Positions 38,870 to 48,691 of a stretch of DNA of 64,000 bases are shown here, one piece after another; within the stretch, counting starts at the first letter, position 1, and every line of letters starts with the position of its first letter. This DNA is from an uncultured virus (IMG/VR IMGVR_UViG_3300017783_000009) (Duplodnaviria > Heunggongvirae > Uroviricota > Caudoviricetes): IMG/VR virus record IMGVR_UViG_3300017783_000009; one strand, given 5' to 3'. A program made the position numbers and the translations under genes. The notes beneath the pieces are model-generated. The model worked only from the letters and a program-made list of their open reading frames with translations. It searched no databases and was not told the DNA's origin.

Positions 38870-39970
38870 TTATTTGATACCTGCTAACTTTTTAAGGTTA
38901 ATAATCTCGGCTTCACTTTCAGATGACTGTGTGTGAGCCTTGTTACCTGTGATCTCAGTCTTCTGAGATTCTGTAATTGTTTGCGTCTTTTCTGACTTTG
39001 GTGCTGATTCATTAAGCACTGTTGGAAGATACTTATTGTATGCAGCTTTTAACTTTGGAGTCTGTACAGACTCTAGTAAGTTAGTCATTAATTCACGCTT
39101 ATCTTTAGCTAGAGGAGACATAAGTTCAGCCATAACTGACTCACGCTCGCGGCTTTCGTTGATTCTAGCAACTTTTTTGTTTGCTTCCTCAATTTTTGCC
39201 TCTCTTTTAGCAATTCCCTGACGTGCCTCATCTAATTGAGTTTTAACGTCAGTGATTTCTGCTGATAGCTTAGAAATATGTGTGCCTTCTGCAAGGTGTG
39301 AACCCATAAATTCTGCAGCAAATGTTTCGAAGATTTTTCTTCCAAACATGTTCTCTTTTGCTGATTTAATGTCTTCTTTAAGCGTTCCAAGCTCTGTTGA
39401 AAGTGTTGTTTCAACAAGACCTGCTAGCTTTCCAGAAGCTTTATCAATGAATTCGGACTTTGCTTCAGCAATCATTTTTTTCCCTTCAGCTACAAGTTTT
39501 ACCTTCTGTTCAATTAGGTCTTTCTTGTCCTGATGGAATTCGTTAAGTTCTGAAGTAAGTTGTTCCATTACGAAATCTTCTAGCTTCTCGAAGTTACCTT
39601 CTTGTAGCTTTCTGTCTTCGCGCAGCTCTGCAATTTCACCCTTTAGGGTTTCCATTACAAAACTATCTAGAAGTTCTGCATGTTCTGCAACTTTTTTCTT
39701 GTATTCAACTTGTGCAGAAACTGCTGCTGATTTGTCTGCGTGGAATTCTTGTAGCTCTGACTTAATTGTATCATTAAGCATTGCATCCATAGCCTCTACC
39801 ATCTGCTCTTTGTCAGTTTCGTAGCGGTTAGCGAATTCTTCACGTAGTTCAGTAGTAATCTCTTCACGAGCTTCTACAAGTTTTGCTTCCCATGCCTCTG
39901 AAAGTGTTGAACGCACTTCCTCAGATAGCACTTCTGAACTTAGGAGTTGTTCGATTGCATTGTTAGCCAT
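38870..39970 (-). CDS. gp22: Prohead core scaffolding protein (gp22-like)
   Basis: E-rich coiled coil between the protease and capsid genes. Confidence 0.85.
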   Translation of the reverse strand: MANNAIEQLLSSEVLSEEVRSTLSEAWEAKLVEAREEITTELREEFANRYETDKEQMVEAMDAMLNDTIKSELQEFHADKSAAVSAQVEYKKKVAEHAELLDSFVMETLKGEIAELREDRKLQEGNFEKLEDFVMEQLTSELNEFHQDKKDLIEQKVKLVAEGKKMIAEAKSEFIDKASGKLAGLVETTLSTELGTLKEDIKSAKENMFGRKIFETFAAEFMGSHLAEGTHISKLSAEITDVKTQLDEARQGIAKREAKIEEANKKVARINESRERESVMAELMSPLAKDKRELMTNLLESVQTPKLKAAYNKYLPTVLNESAPKSEKTQTITESQKTEITGNKAHTQSSESEAEIINLKKLAGIK

Positions 39971-40608
39971 TACTTTCTCCTAATATCTAAAGTTTCAATG
40001 AACTTTAATACTTCCTTCTGGAGGTATTGTTCAGCTAAATCGTCTTGATTTACTGCATTAGCAACGTCTAATAGAATGTTACCTCGATGCCCATTCATGA
40101 TTTGCTCATATAGTGGATCGGGGTATGCATCCGGTGCGCTAGGGTTAGCAACAATATCAACTGTTTGAATTTCAAAATCACTAACTTTACCGCTTTCATT
40201 AACGTTGCCGGCACCTCTTGACGAAACGCCAAGTTTAACACCGTTTTCTATAAGGGTTTTACAAATATTTCCCATTGGTGTTGGTAACAGTTTTAAACGA
40301 CCATAACCGTCTTGACCGTTCATCCACATTTTTTCAATCATATGTGAAACCCGATCTAAATTTACTTGCAAATCATCTGGATGATCTGCTTCACCTAATA
40401 CAGAGATACCCTCTTCAATACGCTGTTGAATATTCTTAACAGCCCTTGTGATTTCATTTACAGGGTATACTCTTTGGTTCTGATTGCGCTTTTCACCTTG
40501 CACAAAAATACCTTCCATATACAGGCTTTTGCCGTCCTGAGATGCCTCAGTAACGACTCTAGCTTGATCAAATGTCAGATGTTCTGTTAATGGTGTAGTA
40601 TTACGCAT
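39970..40608 (-). CDS. gp21: Prohead protease (gp21-like)
   Basis: NQNQRVYP, LGEADHP, GVSSRGAG, DIVANPSAPDA. Confidence 0.96.
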   Translation of the reverse strand: MRNTTPLTEHLTFDQARVVTEASQDGKSLYMEGIFVQGEKRNQNQRVYPVNEITRAVKNIQQRIEEGISVLGEADHPDDLQVNLDRVSHMIEKMWMNGQDGYGRLKLLPTPMGNICKTLIENGVKLGVSSRGAGNVNESGKVSDFEIQTVDIVANPSAPDAYPDPLYEQIMNGHRGNILLDVANAVNQDDLAEQYLQKEVLKFIETLDIRRK

Positions 40609-40610
40609 AA

Positions 40611-41477
40611 TTATTCAGCCTTGCCTTTTTTCTCAGCGCCGTGACCTTTTGGTTCTGGCTTCATAGCTGCTCCGTCACCTGGGTGTGTTACGCCCATGTC
40701 TTTTGGTGCATCTACTAAACCTGACTTGTTGCCTTCTGAACCTTTTGATGACATATCAACTGCATCGCCGCCCATATCATTTTTGCCTGCTACTGGTGAT
40801 GATTTACCATCGTCACCTGCTGGCATATCTGCTGGGTGCATGCCGTCTTTACCAACTTTTTTAAGTTCTGCGCCTTCTTCTAGGTTTTCTTCTTCTGATT
40901 CATCAGTAGCTTCTTCGATTTCTTCGTCTGCTTCGTCTGTTGACTCTTCAAGTTCTTCTTCTGATTCGTCTGCTTCAAACGCAAGCTCTTCTTCCATCTC
41001 TGGTGCTTCTTCTGCATCATCACCCATCATTTTGGCAAATTCTGCTTTAAGATCAGCTAGTGCATCTTCTACACTCATTAGCTTATCTTCAATTTCTTCG
41101 TGTTCTTCTTCGTGATCATCTGATTCACCGTCGCCGTCGAAGTCCATTTCGCCTTCATCGTCTGAAAGTTCCATCTCAGCATCCATGTCATCCATGTCTT
41201 CTTCGTCAGCATCTTCTCCAAATGCTTCCTCAGCTTCAATTTCATCTTCATCTTCTTCGATGTCGTCAATAAAGTCATCAGCTTCTTCTCTGCCGAATCC
41301 TTCTTCTAGTTCTTCTTCCGCTACTTCATCTTCTACAATCTCGTCGGCTTCAACAAGATCATTCCAAATTTCACGTGCTTTTTCTACGAAAGCTTCATGT
41401 AGCAGCTCTGACGCTTTTGCATCTTCACCCTCTACAAGGCTCTCAATTACTTTTATATAACGTTCGCGAGCACTCAT
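40611..41477 (-). CDS. Highly acidic prohead core protein; start refined to MSARER
   Basis: AAGGAG RBS; extreme D/E content; between the portal and protease genes. Confidence 0.75.
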   Translation of the reverse strand: MSARERYIKVIESLVEGEDAKASELLHEAFVEKAREIWNDLVEADEIVEDEVAEEELEEGFGREEADDFIDDIEEDEDEIEAEEAFGEDADEEDMDDMDAEMELSDDEGEMDFDGDGESDDHEEEHEEIEDKLMSVEDALADLKAEFAKMMGDDAEEAPEMEEELAFEADESEEELEESTDEADEEIEEATDESEEENLEEGAELKKVGKDGMHPADMPAGDDGKSSPVAGKNDMGGDAVDMSSKGSEGNKSGLVDAPKDMGVTHPGDGAAMKPEPKGHGAEKKGKAE

Positions 41478-41546
41478 GGCATTCTCCTTCATAGGTTATA
41501 ACACATGTATTTAAGACGTCTTGCCATATACCGATGTATTATACAC

Positions 41547-41572
41547 AAAAAACCGCAGTTTTGAACTGCGGC
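41547..41572 (-). terminator. Intrinsic terminator
   Basis: CCGCAGUU-CAA-AACUGCGG followed by UUUUUU. Confidence 0.8.
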
Positions 41573-41644
41573 TTGCTATAGTTCTCTATTAGTATTTACT
41601 ATACACTATTAATATAGCGTGATAATAGCTTTTTTTTGACGGTT

Positions 41645-41845
41645 TTATTCTGCTGAATCACCGCTTGAACCGTATTGTAGTTGCACTTTTTCAACTTTTG
41701 TAGCATGTTCGCTACGTGCAAGCTCTCTACGATTACGCATTTTATTTAAATGACGCAATGTAATCTTTGGTCTACGTGTATCATCCATATCCCATTTATT
41801 ATATTCGTCTTGTGTTGCATCTTGTGCTAGTTCATTAAATCTCAT
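41645..41845 (-). CDS. Small head-associated protein, 66 aa
   Basis: AGGAG RBS; overlaps the end of the portal gene. Confidence 0.75.
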   Translation of the reverse strand: MRFNELAQDATQDEYNKWDMDDTRRPKITLRHLNKMRNRRELARSEHATKVEKVQLQYGSSGDSAE

Positions 41846-43502
41846 CTGAATCAGCTCCTATATCTGTATCACCTGGAGTATCTATATCTGTATCGATATC
41901 ATCATCTCCTAAATCATTTTCTGCATCAACATCAGTTGGTGTAAAACTATCCATATCGCCTGATCTTACGCCTACGCCACTAAGATCACCAATTGCATCA
42001 CCTGATGGTTTGTTTTCTGGATCATTTTCTTCGCCCCATAGTCTTTCGTTTTCAAGAACTTCTTCTTCAGTGAGTCCAAGATAGCGTGATAATATAAATC
42101 TTTTAGAAAGGTAACCTGCACCTTCCAAGCTACCAAACAAGTTAGCACGTTGTTGATCAATTTCAATTTCTCTATACTTACTAAAGCTCTGTGGCTCAGA
42201 GAAATTTAAATCAAACAAGCTAGCACTTACATCTATGCCTCTATATTTGCAGAATAATTTAAATTCTTTATCTAGTGTTTTCTGCACAGTCATCTGTAAG
42301 CGTTCACAATATTTTGCAAAACGAAATTCTTGAATCATTGCTGTGCCAACTCTACCATCGTTGAATGCAGCAATACCATCCTCACTGCCTGTAGGCAAAT
42401 AAGAAGTAGGAACACGCAAACCACGCATTAGTTTGTTGTTGAAATATTTTAAATCATCAATTTCGCCTAAATTTTCACCACCCGGTAATACCTCAACTTT
42501 TGAGCCTCTACCTTCAGCAGTTTGTGCAAAGAAATAATCTTCCATAATTGACAATGGATTATATGCACTGTCCATAACTTTTGTTCCACCACCACTCATA
42601 TTGGGAATACGTGTTTGGTGAACTTCATTTTTTGTACGCTCTACAAAGCTCATAGCTTTGTGTGCTGGCATATTACCTACGTCAATGTAAAACACACGTC
42701 TTTCAGGCGCACGTTGTACACGATATATAATAATACTATCTTCTAATAATTCTTTTTGCTTGTATACTTTAAAAATTGGTTCAAGTATACTGTTACCAAA
42801 CGGCCAGTTTGCATTTAATCCATCACTTAGGCTTACATGTACAACATTACTTGAGTCAACAGCATATTCTGTGTTTGAACCACTGTTTTTACTATCATAT
42901 ACACCACTATTTGATTTGCTTGTGCTATATCCTGTTTGAGGATTTACACTAGTAGCATCTGTGTGATTTTTTGTATCAACAGCAACTAGGTCTTGTAAAT
43001 TTAATGCAATATTTTTAATGATATATTGATCAATTTCTCTTCCTGTTGATTCATTAACAATAGCTTTACTAACATCATTTGAATTTACCCATATTAGCTT
43101 GTATGTTTCGGGATCTCTTATAAAAAATTGATCACCGTATTTTACACATGAACGAAACATGCTAAACACTCTGCGGTCAAATTCATTAATCGATACCCAC
43201 TGTTTGAGTGCGGTTTCTAATGCACTTATTTCACTGTCAGTGGGTTCGCTTTTATAATGAATTTTAAAAGGTAAATCAGTTACCTGATCATGTTGTGTGC
43301 TAAATTCAGCAATAGTATCAAGTGCAGCATTTATTTCACTGTCTTGATCCATTTGATCGTATTGACTATAACGTTCAATACGATTAGGCTGACCGGAATA
43401 TACTTCTGGGAGCCAACTTTGCCATCTACTGGCTTTTGCATGGCTACGACCGTCTGTACCGTCAGCTGTATTATATCTTGTAAAGTGTTTTTTCCAACTC
43501 AT
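41835..43502 (-). CDS. gp20: Portal protein (gp20-like)
   Basis: LLEDSIIIYRVQRAPERRVFYIDVGNMP, EDYFF, VEVLPGGENLGEIDDLKYF. Confidence 0.97.
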   Translation of the reverse strand: MSWKKHFTRYNTADGTDGRSHAKASRWQSWLPEVYSGQPNRIERYSQYDQMDQDSEINAALDTIAEFSTQHDQVTDLPFKIHYKSEPTDSEISALETALKQWVSINEFDRRVFSMFRSCVKYGDQFFIRDPETYKLIWVNSNDVSKAIVNESTGREIDQYIIKNIALNLQDLVAVDTKNHTDATSVNPQTGYSTSKSNSGVYDSKNSGSNTEYAVDSSNVVHVSLSDGLNANWPFGNSILEPIFKVYKQKELLEDSIIIYRVQRAPERRVFYIDVGNMPAHKAMSFVERTKNEVHQTRIPNMSGGGTKVMDSAYNPLSIMEDYFFAQTAEGRGSKVEVLPGGENLGEIDDLKYFNNKLMRGLRVPTSYLPTGSEDGIAAFNDGRVGTAMIQEFRFAKYCERLQMTVQKTLDKEFKLFCKYRGIDVSASLFDLNFSEPQSFSKYREIEIDQQRANLFGSLEGAGYLSKRFILSRYLGLTEEEVLENERLWGEENDPENKPSGDAIGDLSGVGVRSGDMDSFTPTDVDAENDLGDDDIDTDIDTPGDTDIGADSDEI

Positions 43503-43530
43503 GTGTAGGCGCCTTATTATCTATGTGTAT

Positions 43531-45705
43531 TTATGCACCGCTGGCATCTATTGCTGCCTTTAGCCTATCATCCATCATTTTATTCTTAGCATATCTTCGC
43601 ATTTTGTCTAAAACTGCGAGTGTTTGCTTTTTAGTCGCAATGGCTTGTTTGTATTCTTCTTGGATATTAACTTCCATTATACTACTATCTGCTCCATCTG
43701 TCAACGATTCTGTCATTAGATCGTTTAATTCTCTGTTTGATAGGATTTTACCATCAACTTCTGGCACAAACAATTCAGCTTGGTCCATATTTACACCATC
43801 ACCCACTAGATATGGATTATTAGCAGCTACAGGACCTCCAAAATAATTTCTATTACTATAACTTTCAACAAGTTCGTTAGTAATTTTACCTGTATCAAAA
43901 TTTTCAAGACTATTGAGAAGTTCAAGAGCGTCTATGTATTTCTGACCGTTTGGATCTAATTCTGTATAGTATGCCAATTGCGTACTGTTAAGCCCCATAG
44001 CTCTAACTTTTAAAACTTCTTCCATTGCCTTAATATGCTCTTCTGTAATATCATCTCTAAGGAACATTTTATCAGCATTATCATTGAAATATTGAATAAT
44101 ATCATTCACAACATCAGCTGCTCCACCAAATGCTGTTGCAAGTGTATCCATGTTTAATGTAAATGTATTTTGTATTTGTAAAAATGCTTTTGTTGCATCG
44201 TTGAGTAGTTTTGTGCTAGTGCCTGCTTCTGCTAGTGCTTCCGCTGCATCTACTCTTGCTTGTCTATATTCTTCTACAGTAATATCACCAAACGTTTGTT
44301 TGATTACTAACATTGCTTTTGCTAATTCATTAGATGAACCAGCTAAATTATCTGTAAAACTTGCCTGTTGTGTTCCCAATCTTGTTAAATCTGAACCTAT
44401 CAAATCATCAAAGATTACTTGTCTAACTTTTTCAACATCACCGCTTTGTAAAGCTGCTTCAATGTCATCAAAAATACTTTGACCAAACGCATTTTTAAGT
44501 GCTGCAACATCAGTAGCATTTAATGCTTGTGCAACTTCTTCTACATCTAATGCTGATAAATCACCATTTACTACTGCTAATGATCTTGCTAATGCATTAC
44601 TCAATGTGCTTAATGGCGTTGTAGTTCCTACAAGAGTTTCAAAGTTTTGAAATAATTGTCTTGCTTCATCAACTGCGTCTTTTTCAGCACCTTGTAAATT
44701 TACCATACCTGCTGCAAAATCAATGTTGTTAACTTGTAATGCATTTTGCAGTAGTTGACTTCTTTGCATACCTGTAATACTTGCTAAGCCTGCTGTTTCT
44801 AGTTGTAGTTGTGTAAATGCAGTTGATAAATCATCTTCTAATCCCACTGTGCCTCTGACTAAACCACCTGTCAAACGTTGGTATTCTAAAAACTCGCCTG
44901 TTTGTTGCAACAATTCTGCATTGCTTATACCAAAGTCTCCTAGTGCATCGGCACTTTGTTCTAAGTCTCTGAAAAAGTCAGCAAAACGTCTTGTTCCCAA
45001 ACTAACATTTCCGCCAAATGCATTTATAGCACTACCATTAGCGGCAATTGTTTTACTGAATGCATCATATGTAACACCACTAGCATTTACACTCAATCTT
45101 AATTCGTTAAATGCTTTTCCATTTTCAAATATGATTGCACCGTTGTCTATCATCTGTTTTTGCACTTCTGCAAATGCTTCTAATTTACCAACATTCCATC
45201 CTAACCACATAAATGCTGCATCAGATATTACATCACCGTTCTTTTTAATCATTGACCCTAGAGCACTTAGACCTCCATTTTCCATTTTGCCAAATGCTTT
45301 TCCTAAAGGTCCAAAAAATTGCCCCAATGCACCTGCAATCGCGGGTCCTGCTTCTTTCATAGCACCAACAATGCTAGTAAGAGGTCTTTCTGTGTTGCCC
45401 ATAAAACTTGTCGAGTCAACTATTTTTCTAGCTAACCTTTTTGTTTGTTTTGTAGTATTTTTAGTTACAGCAGCAGTTTCGTTGTTACCCGCTGTGTCAG
45501 CTGTTGCACTATCTGTGACTTTGCTAAATGCTTCTCCGAGGTCTTTGCTAAATTCACCGATAGTTTTTGCAAGTGTTTTATCTATCTGAGACATTACACC
45601 TATGTCAGTTGCAATATTTCTCATAGTTTCTTCGCTTGCCCAAGCAGGTATATTCAAAGGCGGTCCACCTGTGGGATTATCTATTTGATAAGTTTCTTTA
45701 GCCAT
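43531..45705 (-). CDS. Tape-measure-like helical tail protein B
   Basis: A/G/L-rich helical protein; C-terminal GGPV...YLVGD...ELFVP motif typical of tape measure proteins. Confidence 0.65.
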   Translation of the reverse strand: MAKETYQIDNPTGGPPLNIPAWASEETMRNIATDIGVMSQIDKTLAKTIGEFSKDLGEAFSKVTDSATADTAGNNETAAVTKNTTKQTKRLARKIVDSTSFMGNTERPLTSIVGAMKEAGPAIAGALGQFFGPLGKAFGKMENGGLSALGSMIKKNGDVISDAAFMWLGWNVGKLEAFAEVQKQMIDNGAIIFENGKAFNELRLSVNASGVTYDAFSKTIAANGSAINAFGGNVSLGTRRFADFFRDLEQSADALGDFGISNAELLQQTGEFLEYQRLTGGLVRGTVGLEDDLSTAFTQLQLETAGLASITGMQRSQLLQNALQVNNIDFAAGMVNLQGAEKDAVDEARQLFQNFETLVGTTTPLSTLSNALARSLAVVNGDLSALDVEEVAQALNATDVAALKNAFGQSIFDDIEAALQSGDVEKVRQVIFDDLIGSDLTRLGTQQASFTDNLAGSSNELAKAMLVIKQTFGDITVEEYRQARVDAAEALAEAGTSTKLLNDATKAFLQIQNTFTLNMDTLATAFGGAADVVNDIIQYFNDNADKMFLRDDITEEHIKAMEEVLKVRAMGLNSTQLAYYTELDPNGQKYIDALELLNSLENFDTGKITNELVESYSNRNYFGGPVAANNPYLVGDGVNMDQAELFVPEVDGKILSNRELNDLMTESLTDGADSSIMEVNIQEEYKQAIATKKQTLAVLDKMRRYAKNKMMDDRLKAAIDASGA

Positions 45706-47780
45706 TACATAGTCTCCGTTACTGATTCTTGATCAGTAAGTCTTGTATTTACTTTATTAATTTGTTCATCCAGTATTCTCAACTGCTGATTATATAATGC
45801 TATCTCTTCTTGAGTAAGCGGTCTTCTACGGCTGTTGGTTCTTCCCGTTGGATTTTGCATCAAAGCAGCAACCTTTGATTTCATTTCATTTAACACATCG
45901 ACTCTATCTGTAAGAGTATTAGTATCTGCGCCGCCTATTGCATTATCACTTAAAAAGTCTCGTGTGGTAGTAATAAAGTTTTGATAACTTAATGCTGTAA
46001 TATTACCCGATGGTGATTTCCTCATTAGGGGATTTGCTGAATTATATTCAGAAGAACCTGGTTGATATATTACAACATCTTTTATTAACGCATCTTTTAT
46101 CTGTTTTCTAATATCTGATACCTTACGCTGTCCACTGCCAACATCAATACCCATAATTTTACCTAAAGCTGTGATTAATTTCTCTGTAAAATTCATAGCA
46201 CCATACACTAGGTCTAAAGTTTCATCCATTGTATCAATGCCAGGCAAAATAGCCTCAAGTGTTGTTGTTAAAGCAATAGCAGTATCGTCAATTGCTTTTA
46301 TAGCTTTGCTTGCTTCGGGAATTGCATTGTTTGTCTCTTCAATACTTTTCCTAATTTGTTCCATATCCAAATCTTTTGCGGCATCGTTGGCCACCCTTGC
46401 CGCTGCCATAGCTCTTGCAGCTGCCTCAGTTATGGGATCAACACTTGCAAACCTTCTTATTCCCGCATCAGACTGATCACTAAAAATTCCCAACAATCTA
46501 CTGGTATCAATTACTGCACCTTCTTGTGTTGTGTTTCCAGCGAGCATTTCATTACCTTGTTTGATAAACTCCTGTAATGCCCCACCACCAACTTCATTGA
46601 ACAATTGCACCAATTCTGGCGTCATGTTGTTGATTATATTTTGATCATAGTTGATATCATAGATTGCACCCTTCATAGTTTTTTCAATTTCTTGATACAT
46701 TGGACTATCTTTGCCAAATCTACTAGCAAGTGTTGCAAGATACATTACTGAACTATTTTTTAGGTTCTCAAATGCTACTGGGCCTCTTTCTTCTATGTAT
46801 TGATTTTGTGCAATTGCAAAGCTAGTGTTAAGGTCTCTATCTTGTCTCTGTTCTTCTAACTCGTCTAACAGTTTCATCCTGTTTTCGCCAGTAGTTGATG
46901 CTAAACCTAATGCAATTTCGTTGGTTGTTGTAAACAAATCAATAATTTTTTGTTGTGCTTTAGCATCCAAACTGTTAATTTGATTACTTCTATATAATGC
47001 ATCTGCTGTGGTAGCCAATCTCAAGGTCAATTCGCTTGTTCTATATCCAAATTTATTGATACTGTCATCTCTTGCTACTGTATTTGCCAATTCTCCAAAA
47101 ATTGTAGCACCTTGTATTGCACTATCATGTCCTGCACCTATTAGGTTACTGCTTACTTGTAAAACTTTTGCATACTCGTCAAAACCCATGCCTAGGCTAG
47201 CTGCATCTCTACGTAAACCAGTTAACAGTTCCATATTTGCATCAGCTAAACCAACATCTATCATTGTTTTCAATAATTTGTCTTGACTGTTTATAAATGA
47301 TGCAACAAATGTAGCAACACCGGCTGCCATACCAAGTGTACTGCTAGCAACATCAGCTACTCCAGACCCAATATTGCCTATTCCCTTGATAATTTTATTT
47401 TTACTACCAGTTAAACTACCAAATGCACCGCCAACTGCACTTCCTACACCTAATTCTGAGGCTGCTGTTGCTAATTGTTCAAACAAACCAGTCATTGCAC
47501 CAAGTCCATCAACGTTTTGCACCATAATTGCACGTTGAGTACCAGCCATTGCGGTTGCTAGGTCTTTTTTGGCTTGTGATTCTTTCTTTTCACTACGTTT
47601 TTGCTTGTTTAGCTCGTCGGACATGTGTTGTAGAGCTGCTGGACTAATTGCACTAGTAATACTCATGGCAATTTTGCGTCTACTATTTGGACCACTAGAA
47701 ATAGCACTGGCTATTTGGTCAGCGGTAAGCTCGCTTGCCCAAGGATACTGTTGATATATGTCTAATATTTCTTCTTGCAT
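45705..47780 (-). CDS. Tape-measure-like helical tail protein A
   Basis: Shares N-terminal P(A)WASE and central motifs with the adjacent gene; late promoter 47831-47838. Confidence 0.6.
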   Translation of the reverse strand: MQEEILDIYQQYPWASELTADQIASAISSGPNSRRKIAMSITSAISPAALQHMSDELNKQKRSEKKESQAKKDLATAMAGTQRAIMVQNVDGLGAMTGLFEQLATAASELGVGSAVGGAFGSLTGSKNKIIKGIGNIGSGVADVASSTLGMAAGVATFVASFINSQDKLLKTMIDVGLADANMELLTGLRRDAASLGMGFDEYAKVLQVSSNLIGAGHDSAIQGATIFGELANTVARDDSINKFGYRTSELTLRLATTADALYRSNQINSLDAKAQQKIIDLFTTTNEIALGLASTTGENRMKLLDELEEQRQDRDLNTSFAIAQNQYIEERGPVAFENLKNSSVMYLATLASRFGKDSPMYQEIEKTMKGAIYDINYDQNIINNMTPELVQLFNEVGGGALQEFIKQGNEMLAGNTTQEGAVIDTSRLLGIFSDQSDAGIRRFASVDPITEAAARAMAAARVANDAAKDLDMEQIRKSIEETNNAIPEASKAIKAIDDTAIALTTTLEAILPGIDTMDETLDLVYGAMNFTEKLITALGKIMGIDVGSGQRKVSDIRKQIKDALIKDVVIYQPGSSEYNSANPLMRKSPSGNITALSYQNFITTTRDFLSDNAIGGADTNTLTDRVDVLNEMKSKVAALMQNPTGRTNSRRRPLTQEEIALYNQQLRILDEQINKVNTRLTDQESVTETM

Positions 47781-47808
47781 ATTATATATTATGTACGTAG
47801 TTAATGAT

Positions 47809-47838
47809 GATAAATACTTCTAGTATAGTGTATTTATC
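47809..47838. promoter_or_regulatory. Pair of opposed late promoters
   Basis: GATAAATAC (47809-47817, +) and GTATTTATC (47830-47838, -), 12 bp apart, between divergent genes. Confidence 0.8.
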
Positions 47839-47851
47839 GGAGAATTAAAAC

Positions 47852-48691
47852 ATGAGTAATCCCCTAATTAGTGCATATAGGAAACCTAGTCTATATATTG
47901 ATCTACCAAGTGGTGGAAAATACTACAATCCTGCACCAAAACTAAGTGTAGACGGCGAATTAGCTGTTTATGCAATGACCGCACGTGATGAATTAATTAC
48001 AAAAACACCTGATGCACTGTTTAACGGTGAAGCTAGTGTGAGTCTAATTCAGAGTTGTTGTCCAGACATTCCTAACCCAAGTCAAATACCTGTAAACGAT
48101 TTAATGGTTATAATGTTAGCAATAAGACAAGCAAGTTATGGCAGTGAAATAGAAATAGAAGTGACTTGCGAAAAATGTGAACATGTAAACAGTGTTGCGG
48201 TAAACTGTCAAAGTATTATAGATACTGCTACATCAAAGACAAAGCCAGATAACATAGTTACAATAAACGAAGGTTTTGAAGTTACACTTAAACCTTACAG
48301 CCTGGAAGATAGAAATACTATACAAATTCAACAAATCAAGCAAGTAAAAATGATAGAGGGATTACAAAATCAGAACATTGACGACCAATCACGTCAACAA
48401 CTTTTTGGAAAAACTTTTGTAGAAATGGCCGAATTAACTGTTGATCTAGTAACAAACTGTGTAGATAGTGTTAGGACACCTGGTAGTGATAACGAAACAG
48501 TAAGTGACAACGAAACGATCAGAGAATGGCTCAAGACTATTACTAGCAAAGATTACGAAATAATCAAAGCCAAAGTAGACGAACTAAGTAACGATGGTGT
48601 AAACAACAATTTTACTATTACATGTGAAAGTTGTGAACACTCTTGGCAAACTGAAGTAGAGCTAGATATTACAAATTTTTTCGCAGGCTGA
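47852..48691 (+). CDS. Baseplate hub assembly protein (gp26-like)
   Basis: YIDLPSGG, AIRQASYG, two CxxC pairs, C-terminal NFF. Confidence 0.8.
   Translation: MSNPLISAYRKPSLYIDLPSGGKYYNPAPKLSVDGELAVYAMTARDELITKTPDALFNGEASVSLIQSCCPDIPNPSQIPVNDLMVIMLAIRQASYGSEIEIEVTCEKCEHVNSVAVNCQSIIDTATSKTKPDNIVTINEGFEVTLKPYSLEDRNTIQIQQIKQVKMIEGLQNQNIDDQSRQQLFGKTFVEMAELTVDLVTNCVDSVRTPGSDNETVSDNETIREWLKTITSKDYEIIKAKVDELSNDGVNNNFTITCESCEHSWQTEVELDITNFFAG

Noticed and set aside
40696..41460. Ser-rich + strand ORFs and other short antisense ORFs in the track
   Set aside because: Antisense to strongly biased GAA/GAT-rich genes; no independent expression signals
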